This document shows positions 23,914 through 37,202 of a DNA stretch of 64,000 nucleotides, one piece after another. The DNA is from Octopus vulgaris (taxonomy: Eukaryota), in assembly GCA_951406725.2 (NCBI GenBank), contig OX597817.1, positions 102,176,001 to 102,240,000 on the forward strand, written 5' to 3'. The notes under the pieces are model-generated. The model made no database searches. It was not told the DNA's origin and saw only the letters and a list, made by a program, of their open reading frames with translations. Position 1 is the first letter of the stretch; each line of letters begins with the position of its first letter. The translations under genes were made by a program, and so were the position numbers.

Positions 23914-25682
23914 ATAATTTTTTATTACCTACAAGGGGCTAAAAGTAGAGGTTGTACATTACAAAGACAATACAAAACACATAATCGAGGAAATAAAAAT
24001 ACAAAAAGAAATCGAGTAAGGATGAAAAATAAAAAGAACGAATGAAAATATGAAAATGATAAAATGAGGCCCAACACCTACTCAACCTCCGAAGTCGAGT
24101 GGTTACATTTAGACATTTTTGGGATATTCCCCCCCCCCCACTTTTTTTGTATAATTTAAAAAGTTCACATCTTCATCATTTTTTTAATATATTGTTCATA
24201 TTAAAAAAAAAATTAAAATCTTTATATTCAATTACGGTTGGTAGGGCATCAAACCACACCGGCTCACCCAATGAAGTTATATAGCTTCTATATGAATTTA
24301 TGAACGTCTCGTATCTATCGACACTCAATATTACACATTTTTCTTCTTCCTTAAAATTCTTCCTGGGTAGTTTCACCCTTATCACTCCTTTCCACATCTA
24401 CATCCTTTTGCTTGTATATTACGTATGCTTTATTTTCCAACCTGTGCTTTATCTTCTCTTCCACCGATTCTTTCTCTCTTGGTTCCGTCTCTACTGTCTG
24501 CGTATGCTTGAAAATAGGCGGCTCCCTACCTGGGGAGTGGGGGGCGTCCTATTTGGTTTTACTGCTGGTTCCTACGAGTGTTCTCTTGATTTCGACTTTT
24601 TCCTCTTTTTGGGGCCGACAAACCCGTCACTCCTTTTCTTTGCCACTTCCGTTCAGTCTTCCTTCGACTTCACTTCCTCTGTATCTCTGGCGCACTCCTT
24701 ATCGCTTTTGCCATCTCTGTCTTTCATTGCATCAATTGGTACACCAATCTCCGCTTCTTCTTGGTCTTTCTCCACAAACTTCTCACTCTGAGGAAGCTTG
24801 TGCATGGGTCACTGCGTCCTCATATGGCCTCTACTCCACATTCGTAACAATTCGGCCGACGACTCTCAACAATTACTTTGAGGGTACTTTCTCCCTCAAT
24901 CTCTATCTCAATGTCTTCGAAAGTGGAAAAAAGCCACATCCCGATACCGCATCCCCACCAGTTTAACGTGTTCGTTCTTCCCACTGATCCCAATTCGGGA
25001 TTCTCCTCGGTGGCAGCCACAACAGTCGCCACCAACCACTCTGTCTTTATTTCTGGTAGCACTCTTACTATTCGAATCCGAACATTACGCTTGCCCCTAT
25101 TCGTGGGCTGCAGCGTAACCTTTTCAGTAGGTAAAATAGTGGTGGAATGTGAGGCCGTCTCTTTGGTGGCAAACCTCACCCCCACCGTACCATATTTCTT
25201 TCCTCGGCCAACGAAAGTTGCCGTTTTCATCAGGGATCCCAAACATTCCTCCACGTCGTCTTCTGATATGATTTCAATTTTATTGGTGGCGACCGCTTGC
25301 GTGCGATACACCACCGTCCTATCACTCTTATCCTCGACCGTTTCTTCTGGAGGGACCAGCTCTACTGCGTTTCCCTCCCTTTTCACAAACTGTTCACTTC
25401 TTATAACATCTTCCATTTTTAACGTTATCTGTTTCGCTTCCAATGGCGTAGCTGATCCCACTGCAGCGGCTTTTGCATAACTTTCCATAATGAAAAAGTT
25501 ACTTTTCAGCCCCACAATGGGGAGAAAACAGCAAAAAACAATCGCGCGCGTGTCGCTCAACAATAATTTTCAAAAAACAGTTTCAATAACAGACAGTCTC
25601 GAAGAGAAAGCCTTCAACATGTAAAAACAATTCAAAACCGTGGTCAAAAATGACGAAACTCACACAAATAAGTTGTTAGTCT
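23914..25682 (-). mobile_element. ORF1-only Tx1/L1-type retroelement, copy 2
   Basis: ORF 24820-25563 (MESYAKAAAV...RRPNCYECG); same 5' UTR and 3' tail as copy 1. Confidence 0.82.
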
Positions 25683-25697
25683 GCGACACCAACGTCC

Positions 25698-27460
25698 TTG
25701 CAGCCGCTGGTTTCGGCCCGGCCTTCCGTGGGTGGATCCACTGCTTTATACAGCGACAGCGAATCGATAGTTCAGGTGAATGGTTTCTTTTCGGAGCCGT
25801 TCTGCATTGAACGATCGATGCCCTCTCTCCCCGCTTTTGTACGTTTTGGCCCTCGAACCATTGCTGAGAAAGTTGGAGGCTATGAGGGGCACTCCGCAAG
25901 ATCTAGGGTGCGGAAAGTCAGCTTCGGCATACGCGGATGACATCACCGTCATCGTATCCCGGGTCGAGCACCTACAGTGGGTAGGTGAAGCCATAAGGGA
26001 TTACAAAGCGGTGGCAGGAGCAAAAATTAACCGGGATAAATCGGTCAGCTTGCTACTCGGAACCTGGAGGGGCAAGTCGATGCCGTCCGACAGCATTGGA
26101 ATCTGGTTAGGTCCGGATTTCCAGATAAAGAAGAAGTGGTGCGAGGTGGCGGGCGGGGTTGCTCTCCTAACTCAAACCTGGTCTGAGCGGAAGCTGTCCC
26201 TGAAAGGGAGGTCGGAGGTCGCAGAGGTGTTTATAGTATTTGTTATTACCTACCGCCTGATCGTCGTCCCTTGTCCCGATTCGTGGCTGAACAAGTTGGA
26301 ACGCATGCTCTTCCACTTTTTGTGGAGGGGCAGGGGACCTCTTGTAAGGCGCTCTATCTGCTGCCAAAAACCACTGAAGGGTGGGATAAGGATGCCATGG
26401 CCAAAAATGCGTTGAGGCTTAGGCACCTCTGGCTTTACCTGGACGGTGAACAGGTGTGGTCTCCGTTCGTCAAGCTGTTATTTTCACGGTTCACATCCTT
26501 TACTGAACTGGACTCATGGATTAAGCGTAGACCGATGTTGGGCGCGTGGCATGCAGAATGTCATTAGGCCCTCGTGCTTCTCTCACAGTCGGGCAATGTA
26601 GTGGCGGGGGTGCTACCTCGTCCTTCTATAGAGGGTTAGTAGAGTTCAAGTGTGACGACGTCCTGGGAGAAACCCTGGGTTCGATAAAGCTCAACTCACC
26701 AGCCTATACCGAAGAACATTTGGGCCAGGGCCTCTGAATAATTACCAGAAGTCCCTGGCATGGCAATGTTACAGAGGCACTTTACCTGTTCGAGATACGC
26801 TTTTTAGACACGGGTCTGCGCCTTCGCCTGCTTGTCCAAGATGCGGGCAGGACAGTGAAACTTCTGCATGCGATTGTGCAATGCTCGAAGGTTTCGGAAC
26901 TCTGGGCTTATTATGTCGAACACTTGCTGTCACATTCGAGAAAAGTACAACTGTCGCGCGAATCTATAATTAAGATTGTTCTGCCGTCCTCCCTAAATTG
27001 GGAAGAGCAGGTTTCTTTTCTCTCGGTAGTTGCTGCTGCGAAGGAGGTAGTATGGAAGACGAGAGTGAAAGGGATTGTGATAGGCATTTTTATCTTCAGT
27101 CTTGGGTTAGTTAACTTTTTCGTTTTCCACATGAAAAGAAAAATATGGCTGGAGAAGAAATGCCTGTCGCAAAGTGGCTTTCGTAAAATATGGAAGTCTG
27201 TGGCAAGTATGTTGAGAGTGAAAGAACCTGTTTAAGCGAGAGCATAAAAAGGAAAAACGAAGTCTTCAGTGTGAGAATGTGGTTTGTGGGGTCAACCACG
27301 TCCTCCGCTTCACTTTATTAATCATACATTCGTATTTTAATTTGAATTTTTAAAATTGATCATTTATACTGTTAATCTCATTCGATCCCCGACCTCTTAT
27401 TTGTTTGTCTGTCCTTGTATCGTCCCCTGTTTCTTTAACCTATATGGTAAATAAAGAAAA
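25698..27460 (+). mobile_element. 5'-truncated Tx1/L1-clade ORF2 (RT and C-terminal Cys domain) pseudogene
   Basis: CPLSPLLYVLALEPLLR, SAYADDITV, GAKINRDKS, LSLKGR, CPRCG...HAIVQC; 3' tail GGTAAATAAAGAAAA. Confidence 0.9.
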
Positions 27461-28715
27461 TGAAGTCGAGTAGTTACATTTAGACCTTATTTTGGACAGT
27501 TTTCTTTTTTTTTTTTTTAAAAAAAGAAAGAGTTCACATTTTGATAATTTTTTTTATATTGTTCATATATATTTTTTGTCTAAAATCTCTCAAATCTTCA
27601 TACTCCACCACGAGCGGCAGGGTATCATACAACACCGGTCCGTCAATCAGTCACCAATTCACGATATGAATTCATGAACACGTCGTATCTTTCGTCATTC
27701 AATAGAAAAACACCTTTCATTCTCCTTGAATTTCTCTCTGGGCAGCTTTATCTTTACTAGTCTCTTCCACTTGGCTATTCTCCTTTCTACCTCTACACTC
27801 TTTACGCAGTAGACTAAGAATGCCTTATGTTTAAATTATTTCTCTCTTGGTTCTGTCTCTACTGAATGCTTGAGTTTAGGCGGCTCCCTACCGTTTTGGG
27901 GGGCGTCCTCTCTGTTTCTGCTGCTGGTCCATGCGAGTGTTCTTTTGATTTCGACGTTTACCTACTTTTGGGGCAGACAAATCCGTCACTCCTATCCTTT
28001 GCCGCTTTCGTTCAGTCTTCCTTCGACTTCACTTCCTCTGTATCTCTGGAGCACTCCTTATCGCTTTTGCCATCTCCGTATTTCAGTGCTTCAATTTTTT
28101 TCTCCAATTTCCACTTCTTGGTCTTTTTCCACAGTCTTCTTACTCTGAGCAGGCTTGTGCTTGGGGCACTGCGTCCTCATATGGCCTCTCACTCCACATT
28201 CGTAACAATTCGGTCGACGACCCTCAACAATTTGGGGGAACTTTCTCCCGTGATCTCTATCTGGTAGGGGATCCTCTGAATGTCTTCGTAAGTGGCAAAA
28301 AGTCACATCTCGACACTGCATCCCCACCAGTTTAACATGCTCGTTCTCCCCACTGGTCCCAATACGGGATTCTCCTCTGGGGAGACCAGCTTTATTGTGT
28401 CTCCCTCTCTTTGCACAAACTGTTCGCTTCTTATTATCACTTCCATATTAATTTTTATCTGCTTTGCATCCAACAGAGTAGCAGCTCTCACTGCAGCGGT
28501 TTTTGCGTAGCTTTCCATAATAAAAGCTAATAAAAGCTCCCCACAATGGGAAGAAAAACAGAAAAAGAAAAACCAGTTACGCACGAGTCACTTCAACAAT
28601 AATTTTAAACAGTAATATAAAACAATTTTAACAACGGACAGTCTCAAAGAGAAAGTCCTCAACAATCCAACCGTGGTCAAAATTGACGAGACTCAAACAA
28701 ACAAGTTGTTACTCC
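27461..28715 (-). mobile_element. ORF1-only Tx1/L1-type retroelement, copy 3 (internal deletion, 3' tail missing)
   Basis: MESYAKTAAV...CYECGVRGHMRTQC; LVSPEE fused directly to NPVLG. Confidence 0.8.
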
Positions 28716-29689
28716 GAGACACCAATGTCCTCTAGCCAGAGATGATTTTTAAAATGAGAATATCTGAAATAAAAATCGACTGCTCTCGCAAACGAGATTA
28801 CTAAAAATGAACCCGAAAGCTCTCAAAGATTAAGTAAAAAAAAAACGGAAAAATAATCCAGAATCCTTGTCCGGTACCGGATCGATCTCAAAATCTAATC
28901 AGTTCGTGACAGTCAGGAGGCCAAACATCACTGAAAGTTTCATCCGAACCCATTCAGTAGTTTTTGAGCTATCTTGTTCACGAACAAACAAACAAACAAA
29001 CGCGACTGGAAACAATCCCACCGCTTTGGCGAAGGCGGAGGTAATGAAAACGAAAGGTGTGCGTGTGTGAAAGTTCTATCAATGGAGGAGCTCTGAAGAG
29101 AATCTAGCTATAACGAGAAGCAAAAGAATAGATCTGTATACAGAAATCACAAGGGTGTGTAGAAACATGCGAATTCAGAAGACTGACGTCTAACATCAAG
29201 AGAAGGGCAATGTCATATTTAATGTTTAGTGGGAAGTAAGCGCACAAATCATATTTTTATTGGTTGGTTGAGAGGAATGGGCCCCATGATATTTGCTGGT
29301 CCTCTCAGTTGGCATGATTGATTGTTGCAATCGATGTGCAGCCTGAATGTCTGCAGAAAAACGTAGGGAGAGAAAGAACCACAGTTTTCCGGTTCAAATA
29401 CTTGCAACAAAATTACTCTGTGCTAAGGCACCTAAGTAGCCCCTAGATTGTCGCCGATGTGTAGTAAAAGCTACAGAGAGGTGTAAGAACAGATATGTGC
29501 AAAAGCCACATTAATTTACAATAGTGGGCAAATTCAGAAATCATAAGAACGTATTGTAGATGAATGCGATTCACATCAATGTACAGCTGCGCCGACACTG
29601 AACAGTTGTCCAGGGGTCCATACAAGTCTTGGGACTCAATCCTAATGAATATATGCAGTTGCTGGGAATCAATAAATAAATACTGGCGC

Positions 29690-29925
29690 CTTGCTGTACT
29701 CAAGAAGACCTGTCCACCACAGGAGAATTGATACCGATGCTGGTGCTACATAAAAAAACACTGGTGCTACTTTGTGGAGTGATTGGTGTTTGGAAGGCCA
29801 TCCAGCCGCAGAAACCATGTCAGAACAGTCAATGGAGCCTGATGCGAACCCCGGCCTTACCATCCGGTCAAACCGTCTAACCTATGTTGGCATGGAAAAT
29901 GGACGTTAAATGATGATGATGATAT
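29690..29925 (+). mobile_element. RTE LINE 3' UTR fragment with (TGA)n tail
   Basis: GGAAGGCCATCCAGCCG...GGACGTTAAATGATGATGATG. Confidence 0.7.
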
Positions 29926-30831
29926 AGGACCAAGTTCATTGTCTATAATGCTGCTAAGACGGTTCTGATATGCAGAAGGTAAATGCAGAAGTTATATAAA
30001 TGTGTAGCAGGCAATTTCAGAAACACTAAAATATAATAAACAAATGCAGACGAGATTTCAGTTTATAACAAACATCATCTGATCTACACAACAATGGATT
30101 TTTAGCTTTTAAAACAATAGTTAGCAAACGAGGTTGCTATATTTTCTTGAAGTAGCAGCCAAATCTTCCTCGAATCGCATTCTACTATGAAGATATATCG
30201 AACAAAATTCAGCATGTGTTACATCAAAAGACGGGATGGTCACGACTTCAATACTTTTGATTTGATGAACAACAATGAAACATGAACCTTATTTGATATT
30301 GGTGACATGAACTGTGAAATTGGTTTATATCACTCCACAATATTGGTTGTATAGATATATATGTTTATACATGAGCTTGTAATGTGGTTTATAGTTGTGT
30401 TACCTTGAACGGATGTTGTCAATAATAACAGTTTAATGAAATAGTGTTATATAGCTGCATAGATACTGAGACATCTAACAATACCAGACTTCATGTTTTG
30501 ATAACGGCGTTTTTAATACAATGGGAAGTTGAAAATGCTATTTTAGTAGGACACCATAGTTCGTTGAGCCCTGCTTGGAAGCTGCTAGAGTCTGTAAAAT
30601 AAATACCAGTAATATACTGATCCAATCCAATCCAACTATTCTCTAGCTTTTAATAAAAAGAGCCTTTTGTGCATCGAAAGAGAAATCGTTAGTTGTTTGC
30701 AACACATGAACCAAAGAAATTTAGTTGATGATAGTAAATGACACGCGTGCATAACCGCACATAACACCAACTTGAATGAAAGACATGGATATGGAATGGG
30801 AAAGAACAGGGCAAACTAAAGTGTGTGTGCG

Positions 30832-30902
<71 letters not shown>

Positions 30903-31974
30903 TTTAGACAGATACATATATATTGGTATGTAAGTATAAACGGTCATTTCAAGATTGTATTGATGTTGTGAGGAAGGAGATACAGGAGAAACAAAGGTAA
31001 AATAAATAAAAAGTAAATTTAGTGGAGCAAAAAAAAAAAAAGTGCGACGACAACCTTTAGTCGAAGATATGAAAGAAAAGGAGAAAAAAATAAAACACGT
31101 GTAAATAATTATGAAACAACATTTACACACGTATCATATTTACACAAAGAACTTCTTCGGGTAGTGTATTTAAAAATAGACCCGGTCCGCTCTACTTATA
31201 CGCTAACTGTATATTAATGAAAAAGATTTTATAGACATACATCATCTAACTCTGTAGTCATTCAAATGTAGGTACGCTGTCTTTAATATTCATATACTTC
31301 AACAACAGCCGGGTGCTGGACTAGACAAACATGATGTATGTATGCTGACAAGAACTTCAAGAAGTTAAGTGTGGCCCGGTGTATGAAAATAGGTAGTGGT
31401 TTGAATTGACACAATTTTCGAGAACTTGTGATGATAATACTCATTTTATCAACTCTGAAGAGATTTTTTTTTTAAAGTTGAAAGTAGTCCAGATAGGTTA
31501 CAAATTATTATTTTTAACCAGACCAGTAAAAATAAACGGGAAGTTGTGTCGCTCATGCCTCTCGAGTTACAATCACAATTCAGTATGGAAAACGGGAGAA
31601 CGCCATATAAGAGATAATGGCATCTCGTTATTTATCTTTAAATTTGGTCTATCACAAAGCTAAATTTACAAATAAAGATCGGAGAATATGCCTTGGTGTA
31701 TGTTGTTAAGTTCAAATCTCGCCGAGGTTAACTGTCAGTCTTCTGGGATCGACAAAATAAAGTTCAAGACAAATACTGGAGTCGATTTATATTCCTATAA
31801 TGCATTACAGTAGATGCGAATGAGATAGTTGAAGACTGAGAGTAGAAATTGGCTGCCGACTTAATAAATATATATATATTGTTTTATGTGTTCCATTCCT
31901 GTATATTGATTGGTAAACCTATCTCTCTTAGCTATTGTTATATTTGGGTGGTGTATTGTCAATGTAAATAATAA

Positions 31975-32130
31975 TGCTATTAACAGAGACGCAAAACCTG
32001 AAATTTGGGGGTGGGGACAGTCGATTATATAGTCTCTGGATGGATGAAAAGGGAAGTTGACCTCGGTTGGATTTGAACACAGAAAAAGGCAGAAATACTG
32101 TAAGGTATTTTACACGGCTCTCAAACGATT
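31975..32130 (-). mobile_element. Degenerate tRNA-head SINE of a second family (related pieces at ~31705-31790, 61365-61455, 63680-63850)
   Basis: GTTGACCTCGGTTGGATTTGAAC...GAAATACTGTAAGGTATTT...AACGATTCTACC. Confidence 0.55.
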
Positions 32131-33316
32131 CTACCAACCTATCATTCTCATAGTAACCAGTCCACAAAATACTGAAAGGAGGTTGACAACCGATTGTATG
32201 GTCTCCAGTTTAATAGTGGTATACCTTTCGTTATCTGAGGAAAAGTAGGACCCGACGCCATTTGATCCTGAACTATTCATTTCCATTTTCATCAAGTCGT
32301 TGCCGGTGTGTACACTGACTCTTTTGGACGGGCATGTATAGCAACATATATATATATATATATATAAGCACATCTGTTTCGTTGAGCGAAGGAACAAAAG
32401 CGCGAAAAGTGTTAGAATGCAAACTGACGGCCAGGTGAAGAATATGTTTTACTAACTCAACAATGAATCACGTAAGAGTACGGCTAAGAGGGAAGCCTAA
32501 GGACAAAGGGGAATTCTACATACACACACACGTGTGTGTATGAGTGAAGAAAGAAAAGAAAGCAGTTGTGGGGAAATAATAAAAGATAGGCGAAAGAGTA
32601 AAGGAAACTGATCGGTTAGGTATCCGGTATCGAGTGGAAGATGTGTCATGTCTCGATGTCTCACGTAAGAGACTGAGGAAAGACAGGCATTCCTATGATA
32701 GACAAGCGACTTTAATATTTTCACCGTCGTCTTGTTAGTGCTTAAAGAATAGAACTAATTGTTCAGGTAATATATATTTATATATACACACAGACATATA
32801 TCATGCACGTATTTTACACACACACACACATATTTATATACGTGTAGAAATGTGCGTATACATATCTTTGAAATTATGTAGCTCTACATGCCTCTTCTTC
32901 ATTACTACTAAAAAATAAATAGAGCATTAGGAATACCCATTTTATTTGCTATATATTAGCAGCGAATCTAAAAATTTAATAATTTGTCTATAAAACAGCC
33001 AAAAATCTCGAATTATCATTTGAAGATCCATATATGACTGAATGAGTGAGATAGTACGAGAAAACCTTGAGAGTTAAGAATTCTAATTAATAATATTTGA
33101 AAATTTAAAATACCCTTCAAAGATCGACAGAAATGAATATTTCGACATGGTTACACACAGTGAACCAGTATTTTGACTAAGTTTCCAAAACGTATATTTC
33201 GAATTTAAATAGAATGTAGAAAGAAAGGTTTAAATGTTATATGTATGAAGAAAAATAATTCTCCCCCACCTCAGAATATAAGCTTTGTGCGCGCGTGTAT
33301 GAATATATGTGCGATA

Positions 33317-33349
<33 letters not shown>

Positions 33350-34274
33350 AATAAACAAATAATGGGTAGAAGATATAGATGTTTTATAGTGAAGAAATCG
33401 AAAATATCTATATGCAGTAATATATAGTATAGTTCCATGAAATTCAAAGAGGAATGAAAGGATGGAAAAGATAATAGTTATGCGTCAAGGAAGGGGTTAA
33501 AAATCAACAAAATGAGATTTCCAGAAGTCGATACACACACACACACACACACATTACGGTCGACGAATATATAGATTCAGAGGGCAAGAACTAAAATGAG
33601 ACGAGAGATGTAAAGAATGTTTTAAGGCAGCATCAACCATCATTGCAGTAAAATATTCTTTTCAAAGATGCTGAGAATCTAGTTCTCAGCAATAAGTTGT
33701 TGTGAGGACTTGAAGATAACCAGACATGCACGTGTTTGTGCGAGTTTGAATGTGAAAAATGACGCAAGCATTAATTACTACGTCTAGTATGAATATTGCG
33801 AAGGATACATGTTAATTGAAAAAATAATTTCCTCAAACTAAATAACAGGTGACAAGCTAATTAAATGTTTTTGTTTATTTGTGCTATATGAAAAATAAAT
33901 AAAAATAATGACAAACAACTAATGCTGATTATTGTTCATCTCTTCTACATCGCATGCGATTACATTGTCTCCTAATGAGTTAGATGCTGATAGACAGAGA
34001 TGACAGGAAAATCCAACAATGCGTGTATTGGTAAATAATCGTAGTAATTGACAGCGCGGATAAACATACATCTTGAGAATATTTTGAGTGGCGAGTGTAT
34101 TAGAGATATCTAACTGTAACCACATCGATCCAACACTCAATACATATTGTAAGACAACAAACAATACAGTATGACTAGATAGGAACATTATATATGCTGA
34201 TCTATCTCGACTATATGATCGTTTGTTCTATAATTGATAACTATTACGATGTATCTCATGCTGGAGCAACAATT

Positions 34275-34307
<33 letters not shown>

Positions 34308-34811
34308 GAATGTGTTTTCGTGAGCGTATAGAAAGTAGGTGTAGACATGCAGTTGATAGAAGAAAAAAAATCTAAGAATAAATTAACTGCATACGTATGT
34401 GCGCGTAGTACGTACACACGTTTCTAATGTACATGTTTACATCCACAGGCACACACACTTACACGTGTGTGATGGAGAGGCACGTAAACAATTACTCGAA
34501 TCCATGCGTGTAATTCGTACAAGTGTTTCAGACACACATACATTGTATGTATCTAAAGAGAGAGAGAATTGTGTGTGCGCGCTTATGTTTATTATGTATA
34601 CATATATCTAACAAACGAAAGAAAACAAACATGCAGTGAAGCTATCTAGAGTAGAGCGAAAAAGTCAGTAAGGTAAACAAGCAACCAGAATGGATTGGTG
34701 AGCTGGAATAAATGACAGTTGGTTGAGGATAGAAAGAAAAACAGAAGAAATTGTGTTGTATGTGTCAGACAAAAAAATTACACACATAATCAACATAATG
34801 TAATATATAAC

Positions 34812-34859
<48 letters not shown>

Positions 34860-36169
34860 GTGTATTTTTGTGCACGCGCACTTATACGTTTGTATGTGGT
34901 AAGCTTCAATATAAGCCAAACAACAAGAAAATGACCGTACTACCAAAATAGGGTGGGGTGAGAACAGCAGAAAGAAAAGAGGTAGGTTCATTGTTTTCCC
35001 CCTGATTCTTCCTTCCTTCCTTCTTTTATTTTCCTTCCCCTGAATACAGAGGGAGCATCGAACATGAGAGGATAGGACATTATAGAATCTGGAGCCAACG
35101 CTGTAAAATTAGCATAGACAAGCCCTTACATATCGGTATTATATATATATATATTCTTTTTTTTATATCTATTGTAGTAGTAGTTTAGTCCCAGACAATC
35201 GAAGAGGGATACATAATCATAGCCATTCCAGCCATGACTATCCCATCCGCTTTTTAGGCATAGTATATCTATAACTACATCAGCCAATATATTTTTATTA
35301 CTATTTAGAGACAGTGGGGTTTCATCCGAGAGATTAGTCTGCTATTTCTAGCAGACCGTGTGGTACACGAACACACATACATATGTAAGTATGTATGTGT
35401 GTATTTGAGGGGTAGGGGAAGGGTAGTAGCACCCACCGACAGGAAACCCTTGAATATGCACAAGAGGTAAGGATATGTAGCGACGAGAAAGAAGGAGTGA
35501 GAGATAAATCAAAATAAAGTGAGTGCACACTTACCGAGCGAAAAAAAACCAAACCGCTGAAGAGATTAGAAAACGTTTCAGGGTGACTATTTCCTTTCGA
35601 CTTAGCTTAAAACACTCGAGAGGTAATGGAGTGCTACGCCTCTTGTGGCGACCTCTGTTGAATACTACAAAGCAAGGAGCAGGGGAAAGGGGGAAATAAC
35701 TCAATCTTCCTGGGTCTCATCCATTTAGTTTTTTGTGGGAAATTTGTTATTGTAGTCGTACATTTGTTGCTACAAATGCACACATGCATATATATATATA
35801 TATATATATATTTATACGTACACACATACATAAATACATATATGTATATTGGTAAATTTGTGTATATATGTGTGTGTATTTTATGTGTGCATACGCGTGT
35901 GTATGTGTGTGTGAGTGTGAATACTTGCGCGTGTGTGAGTGTGTTAATGCATGCGCGTGTATATGTATGTGTATGCGACTGTGTTCTGTATGTGTCTATG
36001 CGTCTACATGATAAGACAACAGCAGAACTGTTTTCGTATTTATATTCGCTTTTGAATTTTCAGTATTGCCTAATCATATCAAACATTAACACACGTACGA
36101 ACACATTTACACATACTCGCACTTATGAGTGTGTGATTAAATATAAAACACACACGCAGGTGTGAGTGT

Positions 36170-36545
<376 letters not shown>

Positions 36546-36555
36546 AAAATATGTA

Positions 36556-37160
36556 TCATCATCATCATCATCATTTAGCGTCCGCTTTCCATGCTAGTAT
36601 GGGTTGGACGGTTCAACTGGGGTCTGTGAAGCCAGAAGGCTGCATCAGGCCCAGTCTGATCTGGCAGTGTTTCTACGGCTGGATGCCCTTCCTAACGCCA
36701 ACCACTCCATGAGTGTAGTGGGTGCTTTTTACGTACCACCCGCACAGGTGCCAGACAGAGCTGGCAAACGGCCACGGACGGATGGTGCTTTTTACGTGCC
36801 ACCTGCACGGGGGCCAGGCGAGGCTGGCAACGGCCACGATCGGATGGAGCTTTTTACGTGCCAACGGCACGGGGGCCAGGCGAGGCTGGCAACGGCCACG
36901 ATCGGATCGTGCTTTTTACGTGCCACCGGCACGGGGGCCAGGCGAGGTTGGCAACGGCCACGAACGGATGGTGCTACGTGCCACCGGCACGGGGGCCAGG
37001 TGAGGCTAGCAACGGCCACGAACGGATGGTGCTTTTTACGTGCCACCGGCACGGAGGCCAGTCGGGGCGGCGCTGGCAACGGCCACCATCGGATGGTTCG
37101 CTTACTTGTCACCGGCACTGGTATCACAGCTGCAATTTCCATTGATGTTGGTCGACTTCG
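36556..37160 (-). mobile_element. RTE LINE 3' UTR containing a ~62-bp GC-rich minisatellite (~6.5 units, 36721-37120)
   Basis: (CAT)n end; units GGTGCTTTTTACGTGCCACCGGCACGGGGGCCAGGCGAGGCTGGCAACGGCCACG at 36721, 36784, 36846, 36908, 36970, 37028, 37095. Confidence 0.85.
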
Positions 37161-37202
37161 ATTTTGGTTCTGCTTTCTGATATCTGATTTGATTTGGTTA
37201 TA

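Larger units (their letters stand above)
22166..29045 (+). mobile_element. Non-autonomous DNA element (Crypton-V/Helentron-like; superfamily uncertain) split by a 6.5-kb retroelement stack
   Basis: Left part 22166-22216 with ACCTCCGCC; right part 28731-29045 ending GGCGAAGGCGGAGGTAAT (inverted repeat of ACCTCCGCC plus hairpin). Confidence 0.55.

Noticed and set aside
24878-25480. 200-aa + strand ORF, and similar antisense ORFs at 11698, 22830, 57790
   Set aside because: Antisense shadows of retroelement ORFs
36721-37120. CRISPR-like regularly spaced repeat
   Set aside because: Whole units are repeated with no unique spacers; no cas genes; eukaryotic LINE 3' UTR
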